Assembly (NCBI RefSeq): GCF_036588685.1
Contig: NC_086375.1
Location: 52,762,001-52,826,000, forward strand
Length of the DNA stretch: 64,000 bases
Direction of reading: 5' to 3'
Origin: Mytilus trossulus
Taxonomy: Eukaryota
In this document: positions 23,553 to 38,300 of the stretch, piece after piece
How positions within the stretch are numbered: the first letter of the stretch is position 1
Layout of the letters: each line of letters opens with the position of its first letter
The notes under the pieces: model-generated
The model's input: the letters and a program-made list of their open reading frames with translations, nothing else
Told to the model about the DNA's origin: nothing
Databases searched by the model: none
Program-made: the position numbers and the translations under genes

Positions 23553-26500
23553 TTATGCAGATGATTCTTCTTCGCTATTTGATAAATTATGTTGTCCATT
23601 AAGTAATTCTGTATCTTCAGCACCTTGTTGTGTTTGGTCGTTATTTTTTGTACAACACACATTATTTCCTGTCCTTCTAGCCATCCGTAGTTTAAGTTTA
23701 CAGTAGAAATTTTCCTGCCGATATGTACTACAGTTTTGATTAGGTGGATATTTGATTCTAACTAACGTTTTGTCAGAGTCTATAACCTCTACTTTGTCGC
23801 CGGTTCTTTCAGCTTCGTCAACAACTGTAACGAGATTCGGACTGTAGTACTGTCTGACCCCCATGAAACTTTGGAAGTTGTTATTCGGACTATCTTCTGA
23901 ATATTCCGAAGGGTAAATGATAACCAAACTCTTACTTTCTTGTGCAAATTCTTGTGCTTTCTGCATCAGATCTGTTATAAAAAGCAAAAACTAGATAAGC
24001 AATACAGGTTGCATTTCTGTAAATATTGAAAATGCATTTTCCAATAAGAACTCCCTTTACAGGTAAAACTGTACTTCTTTTACTCTGAAGTTTTGAAAAA
24101 ATCGTATCCTTGAATGGAAAGTTCATATCCACCACTATTATTTTCAAAGGTCAAAATATAGGGCTGTGCGGCATATTTTCAACGTTTACATGCAAAGAAA
24201 TATTCACTACATTTCTTAACTACCCCATCCTCGACTGTAGGGTTACCACATATTTCAATATGAAGAATATGTTTATTTACTGGTAACATTCCCAAGTTAT
24301 GTCTCTATAAGATGCAACCTACAGATTAGAACTGGGAACCAGTTTGTAAACCAAATTAATTATCTATGAATATTCTATTTGAAAAACAGCTGTATATACA
24401 AAGTGCAACCTACAGATTTATTTAAACAAAGTTTTAAATTGTCTTAGCCGTATTTAGCACACATTTTCTATATTTTCGGTTTTCAATGCTTTTCACATTT
24501 GTTTTATTATACTTTGACTGATAAGTCTTGTGAAGTCGAAACATACGTTTGGCATACCGAATGGTAATCTGGGTGTCTTTGATTTTAGATCTAATCGATA
24601 CCAATGCTCGTGAGATTTTCATTCATGAGGTTTTCTACATAAGGAAATACTTGTACAAAGTCAGGAATATGACAGTTGTTATCCATTTGTTTTGAGTGTT
24701 TGATGTGTTTATGCTTTTGAGTAGGAACATTCCATCTTGTATTTTCCTTGGAGTTTATTTTTTTTTTACAAAATATATACGAATCAAAGATAACGAATCT
24801 AACCAGTTCCGCCTGTAATACTTCCAGATATTTTGACCGTATAAGAGTCTGATTGAAGTCTTTGTTGAATTCTTCTTGCTAGCTTTGTATCCTCATCTTC
24901 GTGGAGAATGAACACATGGTATTGTCGATCACCTAATTCCAATGATATAGAATAATGACTTTACCATATGATTATTACACGAATTTTTTTTTATGTTTTC
25001 TTATTTTCAACTAAAACAATTATTATAGAATTAAATAAAGACAACATTAATTATACATTGAGGTTCTGAAAAAAGAAATCACCAATTCACCAACATTCCA
25101 ACTGACTCCATTTTCAGAAAACGACATCTGTAACAAACATAAACTTTTAGCTACCGCTTTACAAGCAGAGCCAAATACAATGAAGTTCAAACTATGTATT
25201 GGCTCCCGATTCTACACAAAACACCTCACAAAAAAGATTTATTTCGTCTTCAAGCCATTGCTCCACTACTAAACTGTCTATTCTTCTTACCAGCACACTT
25301 GGTACAATTAAAAACCTTATAATAAATTGTTCAAATAAGGCCTTCGAAAATAGTGGAATTAATTATTTTTGAAGTGTCAAGAACTCGTTGGAAGTACTTG
25401 ATAAATTGCATGCTTATATTGGTGATTTTGAATCTGTTCAAAGTTTTGGTTTTTCTACCCTGTATACCACATTGCCTCACATTCTCATAAAGAAAAAAAT
25501 AACACATCTAATTAAATGGGCATTTAAAAAGTCAGAATGTGAATATATATGTTCAAACTCTTTTAGTTCATTTTTTAGTAGCAATAAACAAAAAAACTAT
25601 GTTAATTGGACTTGATTTGATACTATATATGCCCTTGAATTTTTACTCGATAACATTTTTGTTCGCTTTGGGGATTCCGTATATCGTCAGATTATCGGAA
25701 TTCCAATGGTGACTAACTGTGCACCACTTATTACGGACCTGTTTTGGTATTGCTACTAGTTACAATTTATGACAAAAATAAGCAAAGACCCATCGGAACA
25801 ACATCTGATAAACAAATTTAATAATACTTTTAGATATTTGGATGATATTTTGGCTCTCAATAATGACGACTTCAGTATGTATATTAAAGAAATTTATCAC
25901 GTTGAACTTACTTTAAATAAAGCTGATACTAACAATGACCACTGCCCTTTCCTCGATCTCGATATCTATATCACTAACGGAAAGCTGAATACTAAAATTT
26001 ATGATAAAAGAGATGATTTTTCATTTCCTATCGTTAATTATCCATTTTTAGATGGTGACGTTCCCTTGTCACCATCTTATGGTGTTTATATATCTCAACT
26101 TGTACGATTCGCTCGTGTATGTAACAATGTTTTAGATTTTAATGAGAGAAATTTAAGTATTACTGAAAAATTATTACACCAGGGTTTTCAATATCACAAA
26201 CTAGTCAAAACATATACTAAATTTTATCATCGGTATAAGGACAGCATTCGTAAACATAGCTCAACATGCAGACTTCATATACGTTCAGGTATTTCACATC
26301 CAATTTTTTATGGAAATATTCTTTCTAAAGCACAAAGGTGTCAGTTTTCACCTCAGAAACTAACAAAACCTTTGAATAGACTTATTAAGAAGAGATATAG
26401 TTGCGATACTGTTGTCAGGTCATTAAAGATTGCATATTTTGGCGTTAATATTGATTCACTTACAGGGTCTTTGCATCGGATCTAAACACATTTATTAAAA

Positions 26501-29500
26501 AAACAGTTGTTGGCATGACACGGGTTATGTTCTTCTCATATATGTTATGATGGTATGATACTAAACCCCTAAAGGGAAGGATTGTGCCTGATGTATTACC
26601 AATGTTATTTCAACTGATCGGGCGGAGCTAGGAATTAATTTGCATAAGGACAGTCTATTTGAAGATGTGTGTGATAAGGATGATTGTCGTTATAATTATT
26701 ACTGATTTCTAATCACATATCAGTGTCATCAAAGGAATTTACAAAAGAATTACTAGACACTTCATTGATGAGTTTATCCTAATACACCTATCTATAGATG
26801 GACTGGTTTATTATGAGCGAACCGGTTATACTCCGCCCAGTCAAGCGAAATAAATCGAGTAATACATATGATGAAATCATAATCTTTCAGCCAGTTTAAT
26901 TTAAGACTGGAGCTGGCATGTCAGTTAACTGCTAGTAGTCTGGTTTTTTTTTTTTTTATGTATTATTGTCATTTTGTTTATTTTCTTTGGTTACATCTTC
27001 TGACATCAGACTCGGACTTCTCTTGAACTGAATTTTAATGTGCGTATTGTTATGCGTTTACTTTTCTACATTGGCTAGAGGTATAGGGGGAGGGTTGAGA
27101 TCTCACAAACATGTTTAACCCCGCCGCATTTTTGCGCCTGTCCCCAGTCAGGAGCCTCTGGCCTTTGTTAGTCTTGTATAATTATAATTTTAGTTTCTTG
27201 TGTACAATTTGGAAATTAGTATGGCGTTCATTATCACTGAACTAGTATATATTTGTTTAGGAGCCAGCCGAAGGACGCCTCCGGGTGCGGGAATTTCTCG
27301 CTACATTGAAGACCTGTTGGTGACCTTCTGCTGTTGTTTGTTTCTATGGTCGGGTTGTTGTCTCATTGACACATTCCCCATTTCCATTCTCAATTTTATT
27401 TCAACAGTAGTATACCACTGCGTTTGAAAATCATATATCGATAAAGAAAAGAAATTCGGTTTAAAAACTCAAACCGAGGGAAACACGTTAACTATAAGAG
27501 AAAAACAACGAAACAACAGCAACACCGAAGTGCAACAAAAAAATAAATAAAAAAAAATGCAAAATACATAATTTTTTTATAAGAAAACAACTGTCACATT
27601 CCTGACTTGGTACAGGACATTTTAATGGGGAAAAAGTGGGTTGAATCTGGTTTGTGGCATTCCAACACTTGCTTATTATGACAATGTTAAATATACCGCT
27701 AGAATTACTTAACAGGAATACAGAACAAATAAATTCAAGAACTCTCAAGATTTAAAAAATACATAAATAAATAATGTGATAGTACAAATTCACATATTAA
27801 CTACATAATAACAAAGAATACCTTTAATTAATTAAAGGGCAGTACACAAAAACATCATAATAGAATTATGAATTATGCGTTATACGAATGTATGAACGCC
27901 ACACAATAGTTTGTTGTGTAACTAACTGCACTATCTAACTATGTCGGCCTTTTCCCAAATCAAACTGTGTAAAACAAATAAATCCTGTGCACAAAGTTGC
28001 TTTAAACTAAAATTAAATAGTCTTTATAATTATAGGCAACAGTAGTATACCGCTGTTCAAAACTAATAAATCGATCGATAGAAAAAAACAAATCCGGGTT
28101 ACAAACTTAGACTGAGGAAAACGCATTAAATATACGAGGTGACACAACATGAAAATGAAACACACACAGAAACGAACGAAGCATTAGACAAAATCCGATG
28201 AGTATAACAAATTTAATAAATATAACAAATATAACACCAAAACTAAATACATTATAATATGAAAAAGTATCCAGAGTAACAACAATAAAAAAAAAAGAAA
28301 TTGAAAGAACTAATAAAAAATTCCTTGGAGAATAGAGTAGCTGTCATAAACATTTCAACTTGTGTTTTTTAGGTTGTTATTGTCTATAAATATGATCATA
28401 ACAAGTATTAAAATGTCAAAATGAATGATGTCACTACATTTTGTTTTTACTGTCATACTTCAGCATTTCGTATAAAAAGATGTAAACTTACCTTTGTCTA
28501 TCAAATGCCAATAAGGTATACGGGAAAGAATAAACAGCTTTATTCTCAAATAAAACACAGAAAGGAAAATAATTGCGACTGTTAAAATAATAACCGATGG
28601 TATCACTATTGCCGTTACTTCTTCTGCTGTCATCCAAGTTATGTTGGTTATTTGGATCCCTAAAATATAAAGTAAATTGATTTTTTTCTTAAAATTTGGT
28701 CCAATAAACTTGAGTATAAGTAAAGCATGTAGAATTGTCTTCCTATATGTAATTTGCTATATTATGTACATAAATGTTAAAAAGCACACATGGATATGGA
28801 ATGTGCTTAGTCTTGTTGATCTTAACACTACTCAACAGTGGTAAATTACTCATTGCATAGTTATTGTCGAATGGGAAGTTGGAATTGTACTACAATATAT
28901 ATATATATATATTAGGACCACCTATTTTACAACTTGGACATCTTTTACAGCAAAAAATCAAATTACTGTATTGTGAAGTTAGAAAATGTGCAATATTAAG
29001 TATTAAAGATTAATGAAAGTACCATTTTGCTATGTGTTATAAGAAATTTGAATTACTACGTGAGGGAAACACATCAACTATTAAAGGAAATCAAAGGGAC
29101 AACAGGAACATCAAACTGCAACAAAAACAAACGCCAACACACATAGAAACGAATTAATTGATAGCAATATAAATTCTCTACACCTGATAATTGTCCGGAA
29201 GAGAACGTTTGAAATGAAAATATTTTGTTCGTGTTTGAATTGAATGACAATATATAACAAAACCATGTCATAAATTAACAGTTTCACATTGAGAACTAAG
29301 ATATCAATATCACGTAATGCACCAAAGATGACGGGAAACTTAAAAGCTTTCAGATGAACGTCAGAAGTGTAAGCCACTCCTGAGTTTTAAAGGGGCACTT
29401 ATTGTGTTATTCTAGACAACAAACCATCTGCTTAAAAGATTATTCAGGGGATGCTATACACGCGAAAGGATGTTGGAATTTAAGCTACGATTTGATATTA

Positions 29501-32500
29501 AAATTGATATTTATATAACTTACTTGCTTCCTTTAGTTTGACAATAAACTTGCGATTTCCTTCCTGATAAGTCGATGTTACGAAACAGGTAAAATTCTTT
29601 TGGAAATCTCTCCGTTCAATTCTTTTAATTTCAAACTTGGATTCTATAATGGTGTGATTCGATCTTTGAAAAATATACAAATTAAGTGAAATAAGTTCCA
29701 TTTCATGTTCTCCGGAATATTTTTTGTATTAAATTGTTAATAATAGCTTTATTCCAAATGTTACATTTTTCTCAGATGGTTCGATAAATTTGCATGCTTA
29801 CACAGACGTAACAGATATCAAGTGAAATTAATAATTTTATAACTAAACCGTTAAAACGTAATATCTTTTACTCAATGATAACACTTAATATACTCAATAT
29901 TAACACAAATTAAGTTGGTTTTTTTTTTTGCAGTATGTTTCACATTAAGGATGCTCGCTTGTCATGTTCAAAACAAATTGTCAGATTTTCGGAATTCTAT
30001 GGTTTTATCAATTTGAATGCCTTTATAATTTTGGTCCATTGATCCCCATTTCTTCTTTTAAAATTCTGTTATATGTATAATTATAATCCATCTGTAAAAG
30101 TTTTATAACAATCTTTGTTATTTTTTAATATTTTTGAAATTTAAACTTGACAATAATAAACTATGAACAATCAAGAGAGAACATTTTCCCGCCAAAATTT
30201 CATTGGTGTATATCTCGTAAACAAGCACATTGGCCTATATATATATATATTTGCTATTTTGGTTCCTTTATTCATCCTCTATCAATTTATACTAGTGCTA
30301 TGAAAAGCTTCTTATTTTGAAACTGAGTAGCGAACTTCCTTAAGTTATCTTATATCAACTTTCTAAATTTTTAAGGATATGCTATTTATACAGCTCACAA
30401 TTCAAAAATCTATCGCATTGTCTTCTGAATGAAGTAGGTTAAAATTGTTCTACTGTGCCCATTTCGTGTTGTCTATATATTTTTTTTATTTTGAAACAAC
30501 AAATCTAGAATTTTATAGGATCTACTATTTATATGAGCATTTAACAAGAATAAATATATGATTTATGCATATAACAATGTTTACTATAGTAACAATTTTT
30601 TTAAATGTTAAAATAAAATGACAGTTTTCTGCTCAATAACAAAGTGTTTTATTTAAAAAAACACCATTTGCATAAGTTTTCAATGTATCCATTACATAGT
30701 TAAACAGAACAATTAGTTTCAAGTCGACGATATGGGTATCTATCAAGTTGGACGTGGAATACATAGTTTACAAAGGTACCAGGATTATAATTTAGTACGC
30801 CAGACGCGCGTTTCGTCAAAATAAGACTAATCAGTGACGCTCATATCAAAATACTTATAAAGCCGAATAAGTACAAAGTTGAAGAGCATTGAGGATCCAA
30901 AATTCCAAAACAATTTACCTTATACGTCTAAGGAAATCTCTGCCTGGGATAAGGAAATCATTAGTTTTTCGAAAAATTTAAAGTTTTGTAAACAGGAAAT
31001 TTATAAAAATGACAACATTATTGATATTCATGTCAACATCGAAGTGTTTACCACTGGGCTGCTGATACCCTCGTGAACGAAAATGCATAACCTCCGATTT
31101 TTTTAGAATTTTATTTTACAACGGACGGAGAACATATCAATTTATAAGTTCAGTAAATTTAGTGTCTGCCCTTCCATTATTTGACTCAAGAAAAAAAATC
31201 CCCAAAACGAGTAACAATTGTATCGAGGAGAGAAAATCGAGTGCACCATTTTATGTTAGGGCGTGTATGAGTTGAATATGTTGTCTTGAAAACGTACAAA
31301 GCAAAAGTATTTGATACATCATCTCCCTTCAGATTCATTGCTCTTTTTTTATATCAAGACTACAGGTTGTCTTTATAACAATGCACAGTACTAAAAGATA
31401 AAATATATTGGTCAAGTGAAATACCTTTCTAATGAATCACAAAAACAGAGTATGTGTGTTCGAATAGCTAATTATTACTAAAAGTACTTGATGACAGTCT
31501 TTTAAGTTGGATCTTTGAAAAGAATATTTTTTTTGTGTGTGACAATTAGGGTTTACGTCTTTAACCACTGAAAATTTTAAGTCTGCCTTTCCACGAAATA
31601 TTTACTAAAAACATTTCTAAATGTTTATGAATTTTCGAAAATTCCACCTGCCAACCGATTAGACAATGGTTTTAAGTTAACTCAATGCAGGCAAATACAT
31701 TTGTATTTTAAAATACAACTGGTATGTAAGGATCGTAATGTTGCTATATGGATAAATTTATCGGCTTGCAAGAGCTAAATCATCAGCGCGTCATCCAAAT
31801 GGCGTAATGGGGAGATAATTTTGACGAAGTAGAATCCTGACTGATAAGATTACATTGGTGGCGGACAAAATAAAATGCTTAAATTCCCATACCACTTTTC
31901 TTATTACATTTATCAATTTTAAATGCCACACATCAAATGTTTTAAAAAATAGCACAAAGCGATGAAAATATTATAACTGCAACTAAAATAAAGACAGATC
32001 GCACCATGTCAAAACTAAAAAAAAGCCAAATCATATTTCATTCCTAAAACAATCAAGATCAAACAAAACAAGCTCCAAACATTTCACAAGACAATGAAGT
32101 AAAAAAAAAATAATGCTTAAATCATAACGTTTTCAAGATTGATCACCAGGAAAAACTATTTATTTTGGGAGGTTTTGAGTATAGGATATGACTTTTATCC
32201 TCGTTGCAAGATAAAACGATAAAAGATTGTAAATAACTGATAATTTCGTTACCATATATCTATGGAGGTTTCCTAAAGAGTGTTCATCGGTTTTGTAGAA
32301 ATTGGGTAATTGTGATATAGGTTTCGCATGTACAGATTAAAGAGTAAAGGCCAAATAAAATATTGAAGAATGAATGATAAAGTGATACCTTTCTATTGTT
32401 GTTACATTATATCTAGGAAATATTGTGTTGTTATCCAACGGTTTCAACTCCATTTCACTTTCATCATACCACGATACATCTCTGGCAGCATCTGGAGTAC

Positions 32501-35500
32501 ATCCAAAATCACCGGTGCAAATAAAACTAACTGTTCCGCCAACACGTCCGTACTGAGTCTTAGGCCCATACGCTTCTGGTTTCACTCTGTCTACACAAGC
32601 TATGTAAAAACATTTTATTGTTTACACATATTATGAAAGGTGAGGTTATCTAGAACGTTTTCGCAATAAGCAAAATGTTTTAAGAATTTGGTTTGTTTTT
32701 AGCCCACACTATTTTGTGAATAAAACGGAACAATAAACAACTTTTTTACAGGAAGGAGGTTTTGCTAGCTATATGTAGGGAAATTTCTGAAGTTTTCATT
32801 TCGTATTGTTTGTTGTACTTCTGTTTATTTCCTTCTGCATTCTCAAATGGCGTTTGAACTGATTAAACAAAATAATTTCAATCCTGAGATAGCCTGTGTA
32901 ATTTTCCAAATCAAAAGTATTTAGAGTATAACATTTTACGTAGTACATATAAATGCTGAGCATGCAATTATAAGGCCAGTTGTCTATTATTGTAGGTAAC
33001 AGATGAACTAAAAGTTATAAATAAATCTGCAGGATGATTTGTTATGAAAATAATGCATACGACTTTCATATCACATGGAATGCTTTACACAAGATATAAT
33101 TGAGCGTTCACATAATTCAAAATATTACTTGACCGCAACCTCATTCCATCTTTTCACTTGTTTTACTAAATAAAGATATCATAATTTTGAGCATAAACGG
33201 ATTACACAGTATATGCCATTGTTTTCATTATTAAATTATCAATGTCAAATCTTGGCGATAAGGTAAATTATTCATTTAGTAGTTTAAAATATTATAATTG
33301 TATAAGGCTGTCAATGACATATCCATGTGGAAAGAATTTTTTGACTTTTACTTCCATTTCAAAGTTCAATAGATAGTTGTATGATATCCGATGTAAATCC
33401 TTTTAACATATATACCATCATTCATTCATTATCAAAATCGGAGATGAGTTTTTTTTCACTGTAATTTAACTCTTGCTTATTTTTCTTACTTTATGATAGT
33501 ATCATTTCCCAAAGCATTCCCAATCCATTCTTCTAATACAATAACTTAAAAAAAAGCTTACAGTATACATCTATTTTGGTACTATGATTTGAAATAACAT
33601 TATTTTCACTTGAGAAAGCAGTACATCTATAAATTCCCTCATTATTCCAACCAATTTCTAGTATCTGAAGAGTCTGGTTGTTATCTTGAAGTGAAGAAAT
33701 CCAAGGTAACGGCTGCCATGTTAATCCATCTTGTTTCTTGAACTCCCAAGTTATTCTAGCATAGTTTCGAGCACAGCAATATATCTTTTTATATTTGCCA
33801 ACTCTTGCATAATCAAAGTCTGCATTCCTGTCTCTTATAAAAAACTCAGACGCTGTAAATAAAATAACAAATGTTTCTATTAGAAACGATTGCATTAATG
33901 GAAAAACGATTTGAATGACCACAGAAGATATCCGAATTGTTGTTATTTTGCATAATTGTTAAGAATTGTATGCTTGTAGTTTGAAAATCCCTCTACATTA
34001 AATTTGTTTAGGTATGACATAATTTACGATTTTATTATAGTTATAATTCATTATTTTTATCCTAATGCCAATTTATTATTCTCGTTTAATATTCTACTAT
34101 AATGTAATGATAATAAGAAGCACCTACCCTCCAAACCGAACGAACTCCGTTAGCTTTAAAATATTCAATCATATCATTACACCCTATAACTAGTATATAC
34201 ATTGGACGATACAAAATTTATCATACCGTCTCATTTTATGAAGTTGTCCAACTTTTTTAAAATGAGATTGTCGTTTAAAACTTATTATTCATCGATAGCT
34301 GTAATGATTTCCGGTAAATATTTAGAACAAATACCACTCTATTCATCCTGAACAAAATGAAAATTAGGAAATCCATTGATGCAGCCAAAAATCCAACAAA
34401 AGAAATACAATTACAATCCGCTTATGACATCTATAAATAAATACAAGGAAGTGTGACATGATTTCCAATGAGACAATCATTCATGAGAAATAAAATGTTA
34501 AACATCACAGGTATTCGTAACACAATCTTCAACATGACAGCTATTAAATTACTCCAGATGTTCACTTGCATTAGTCAGTAGAAATACATGTATTCTAATC
34601 TGTCTAATTGATCTGATGTATCCCTAAAACCTATTTGCATTCATAAAAAAGTATTGTTTCATTTTTAAATCTTCCTACTAATATCTAAATAATTATAAAC
34701 ATGTTTACCAATGGTAGATTTTGCATGCATAACATAGCATGTGTCGAAGCACACTGTTTTACTCCTTTCTTAGTTCTCTAGGTTCACTCAGTTTTTGTTT
34801 GTTAGCTTGATTTTTCGATTAACTACTGTTGTCTAAATTTGTCCCCAAAAATTACTTTCCAAACAATGTTTTATTATTGATTCCGATATGACTGATTTAT
34901 TTCTGTGGATAGGACTATTGCGTATTGTTAGCCTTCAGTTGATTTATAAAGTTAATTAAATTATTGAAACGGTTCTAATGCATATTTGAAAAATACCTAC
35001 ATGGTCCAAATACTCATATAATCCGCCCCGTTAATAACCAAACGAGTATACACGTATATGGTCCGACCATACGCGTACCGTCGGACCATATATGTACGGT
35101 CGGACCAAATGAGTATCCGCATATGGTCTATATACTCATATAGTACGGAACATACACAGGTTAATGAAAATATTTTTATTGTAAACTCTATTTTTGCTGA
35201 AGTTGTGACGCAAGTCATATTGTAAGGAAAAGGACGTGTGTGCGTATTAAAAACCATATCATACCTTCTTTTATCAACACATTTTCATTATTGTAAAGAA
35301 GGTAAGACATAACAGTTTACAGTTTCAGAGGTCTGATAATTGCTCGAACCAAACGATACCCTTCAAAACTTAACAAAAATGGTAATACATAACTGATAAA
35401 TGTAAAATTATGATTAAATATACTTACCATTATATGTAGTATTTTGTGTCAAAACACAGGACGACAAAACGTGTTCAATTAAACCAAACACCACTGCTGT

Positions 35501-35512
35501 GTAAATCATCAT
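23553..35512 (-). CDS. IL-1 receptor-like protein, paralogue B (signal peptide-Ig-Ig-TM-TIR), 7 coding exons, 479-480 aa
   Basis: Exons: 35512(or 35509)-35428 (MMIYTAVVFGLIEHVLSSC...), 33852-33562 (Ig1), 32599-32389 and 29663-29524 (Ig2), 28659-28492 (TM, ...LRIKLFILSRIPYWH), 24932-24804 (YHVFILHEDED...SITGGT) and 23971-23553 (...FYCKLKLRMA). GT-AG throughout, same phases as A, 1443 nt open. Confidence 0.9.
26547..26592 (+). promoter_or_regulatory. SECIS-like element core (form 2) in the 3' UTR of the Penelope-like element
   Basis: AUGAU-GGUAUGAUACU-AAA-CCCC UAAA GGG-A-AGGAUUGUGCC-UGAU. It has the UGAN/NGAN quartet, an 11-bp upper helix, unpaired AAA and an apical mini-helix, 62 nt after the stop codon. 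Confidence 0.75.
26593..26865. mobile_element. ~273 bp MITE with imperfect ~35 bp terminal inverted repeats, inserted in the retroelement 3' UTR
   Basis: Left end gtattac...gggcggag, right end ctccgccc...gtaatac. The segment is absent at the equivalent position (~56021) of the second copy. Confidence 0.8.
29949..30339. mobile_element. Non-autonomous DNA transposon with TTAA target duplication (Kolobok-like)
   Basis: ttaa|ggatgctcgct ... agcgaacttcc|ttaa: imperfect 11-bp inverted termini flanked by TTAA. Confidence 0.6.
30765..31082 (-). mobile_element. Hammerhead-bearing dispersed repeat (Penelope pseudo-LTR or retrozyme-like); ribozyme core mutated
   Basis: Collinear with 52078-52407. The motif at 30797-30840 reads CUGAUUA instead of CUGAUGA. 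More decayed copies lie near 16363, 16633, 19320-19495, 21220-21330, 24450-24560, 36025-36300 and 53935-54045. Confidence 0.8.
35000..35152. repeat. Short self-complementary repeat family (ggtccgaccatacgcg / tactcata)
   Basis: Related copies at ~43580-43662 and ~47633-47715. Confidence 0.65.
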
Positions 35513-38300
35513 TCACTCAACTTCATAAATAATATCAAGGTTTTTCCAAAAATCTACTTTTTAAAGTCCAATTTACCTGTATGCATGAAAAAAATGCCTT
35601 TAAAAAGATATTGAATATCAAGTTCATTCATTAAAACCTGCATTTAACAAAGTGGACTCCCATTTATTCAAATTCCTAGACTAGAATAGTTTCATTAAAA
35701 AAATACATGTTCACAGAAAAACAACGTAAACTATTTAAGAATTTATTCATATTATGGATTATTTAGAATACCCATATATTGGTATATCTTCCTTACCTAT
35801 ATAAGGAAGCTGTTACATGATTGCTATAGGACAACTAAATGTCGTAGCCGTATAGCAACCACGTGTCACCGTGCGGTCTTTAGCTATCAGCAAAAAACAT
35901 ACTAGAACTACATAGAAGATGTTCATCTTATATTTTGTAATTATTGTAAGTGATTAAGTAAACTTTTTATGTGTTATAAAACTGAAAAGCATTCTAACAT
36001 CTTAATAATTATCCAGATGAATAGAAGAACGCATGTCTCGTCTACAAAACTCATTAGTGAGGCTCGTATCACAAAGGTACAGAAAAAAGTTCAAATCAAA
36101 GCATTTAGGAATTTAAATTCCGAAAGCTTCTACCATATATAGCCAATGTAATCTCTTCCAGGTGTATAGAAATTCCTTAGCATAACAAACTATTAAAATT
36201 TCTGTTATCGGTGAATTCATCATATGTCTACAATCAATGTTGAGAAAAAGAAAACATAAGTGCTGACTACTGGTCTGGTTATACGTTTGGAGAGGAAACG
36301 TTTAAGACAAGGCGATTGTTGAAAATTTACAGCATTTGTTGTTTTTATCTACCTTATACATCATATTTCATAATAACCTCTCTATTTGAATTCCCTATTA
36401 CGGCAACGCCTAAATTAAAAAAAAAGTTCCATTCTTCTAATTTAAGGAACAATAGACGACATATCAATTCAAATGCCTCATAAAAAGAAACAAAGACAAT
36501 ATACATACTTAACACCTTTCTACTTATCTTGTATGATTCTGAAATATTTTTAAAAATTTCAGGAAAAGACTAAACTTTATTATCCTCAGACACACAGAGA
36601 AAAGGGAAGATATTTAAATACTGATAATATAGATATGTGTCAAATACATAAAGATAAACATAGCATTCTAAATTTGATCAATATTTGTAAAGGCATGACA
36701 AAAATGCATTCCAGACTAACAAATTCATTCGTATAACTTATTCCAATCACCTATCTGTAGATATCTATCATCCATCTATTGTCCAGTTAATCAATACAAT
36801 GCACTTCATGTATTTCCCTCTAGGAATTGCTAAAAAGAAATCCTGACTCAGTTTATAATATTGTATCTTCTAGATATGTGGGAACGAGGAAGAAGAATCT
36901 CAAAATCCAGAAAAGTTTGTAATTTTTTAAACATAAAATGCATTTGAAATTGAGTCATCTAGCTCATTCCATGCTTTATAACTATATCTAGATTCACAGG
37001 TTTGTCTGTACTTAGATTATTTCTGTCGTGTAAATACGGCGTTGTAAAACAATCGGCTATGATGAACTTTAAGGGACTAAAAAGTAAAATAACAAAAATA
37101 CCGAGCTCCAAAAGGAAATTCAATATGGAATATCTTTATTAATTGTCAAAATCTAAAGCACAAATACATCAAACGCATGGAAACTAACTTCAGGCATTTC
37201 CTAATGTAGAAAAGTATAGATTAACCTGGATTGATAATAAGCTAAACCTGTCAATTGTATAACCAGTGTCAGATTTATATGAGGTATAACATATGCAATG
37301 GACGAAAGGAATAAAACAATGAACCTACTTTTTGACAGATCTAACGATTGCTTGAAATATCTTGCTCTGAACTTAAGACTAGAAAAGCAGTTCATAAAAT
37401 TAAATGCTGACAAGGCTAAGCAGTTTTGGATCCTCAAGTGGAATTAGAAATTTAGTTCAAGGTATCAAAATCCAATGATACTGGGTATAAGATTATTACA
37501 TAAACGGGAGAAAGAGGATGGCATTTTGGTTTCAACAAGTGGCCAACGGAATATATCCTTGATCATCTGTGAATAAGAACACGTGGGTAAATAGAACTTA
37601 ATTAAGCAATCCGTTATCAAACTCTAGTTTTCGAATATCATGGCAAATAAACTCATCATAGATACCAGGACTAAATAAACTGAGGGATATATTCGGACAT
37701 CAATATAAGTGAACTCCTACAATATAATGTGTCCTCCTAGACAATACAACAAATCTGTGTAACAAACTGCTGCTGATAAATGTCTTCTTTTAAGTTTCAT
37801 TTTTTTTCTCAACCTTAATTTTTCATTTCGGGATATTTTTTGGGAGTATAATTTAAACAGCTGCAGAATATAGATTTTTAATACATACACGCAGTATTGA
37901 TAAAACTGTTGGTATTAATGAGAACCGTCTTTCAATTTTAGTTGATATGTTCACCTCGGCTTAGTTTGTAGCACGAATTTGTTTTCTCTCAGTCGATTTA
38001 TAACACCAACATATTACTACTTTTGTCTTTATTTATGTTAACTTCTGGTAATGTTGCTGAACTGGAAGAATGTGAATATGTATGCGATCCTTAAAAGTCT
38101 GTTTTCCTTGTTAAAGGTGCGAGGCTTTGAAGAAAATGTGTTTTATTTTTTACAAATGTAAAAAACATATGTGATATATATGAACTGGTATTTTCCTCAT
38201 TATATGTACTAGCTTTTGAGAATATCAACCATTATAAAAATGTTTATATTTATTCATTTCGAAATTAACAATGCAAATACTGTCCGTGTCAATTGTGATA

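Larger units (their letters stand above)
25054..27401 (+). mobile_element. 5'-truncated, decayed Penelope-like retroelement (Naiad type): RT coding region plus long 3' UTR, inside intron 5 of paralogue B
   Basis: RT motifs RFISSSSHC-like, FSTLYT, GIPM.TNCAP, FRYLDD, PFLDL, KIYDKRDDF. The ORF ends at 26485 with no C-terminal GIY-YIG domain. Internal stops at 25370, 25613 and 25757. Collinear with 55488-57540 (reverse strand). Confidence 0.9.

Noticed and set aside
25370-25372. TGA here and at 57860-57862 as selenocysteine codons
   Set aside because: Both sit at Trp positions (NYFWSV in the other copy; INW expected), so TGG-to-TGA decay is more likely.
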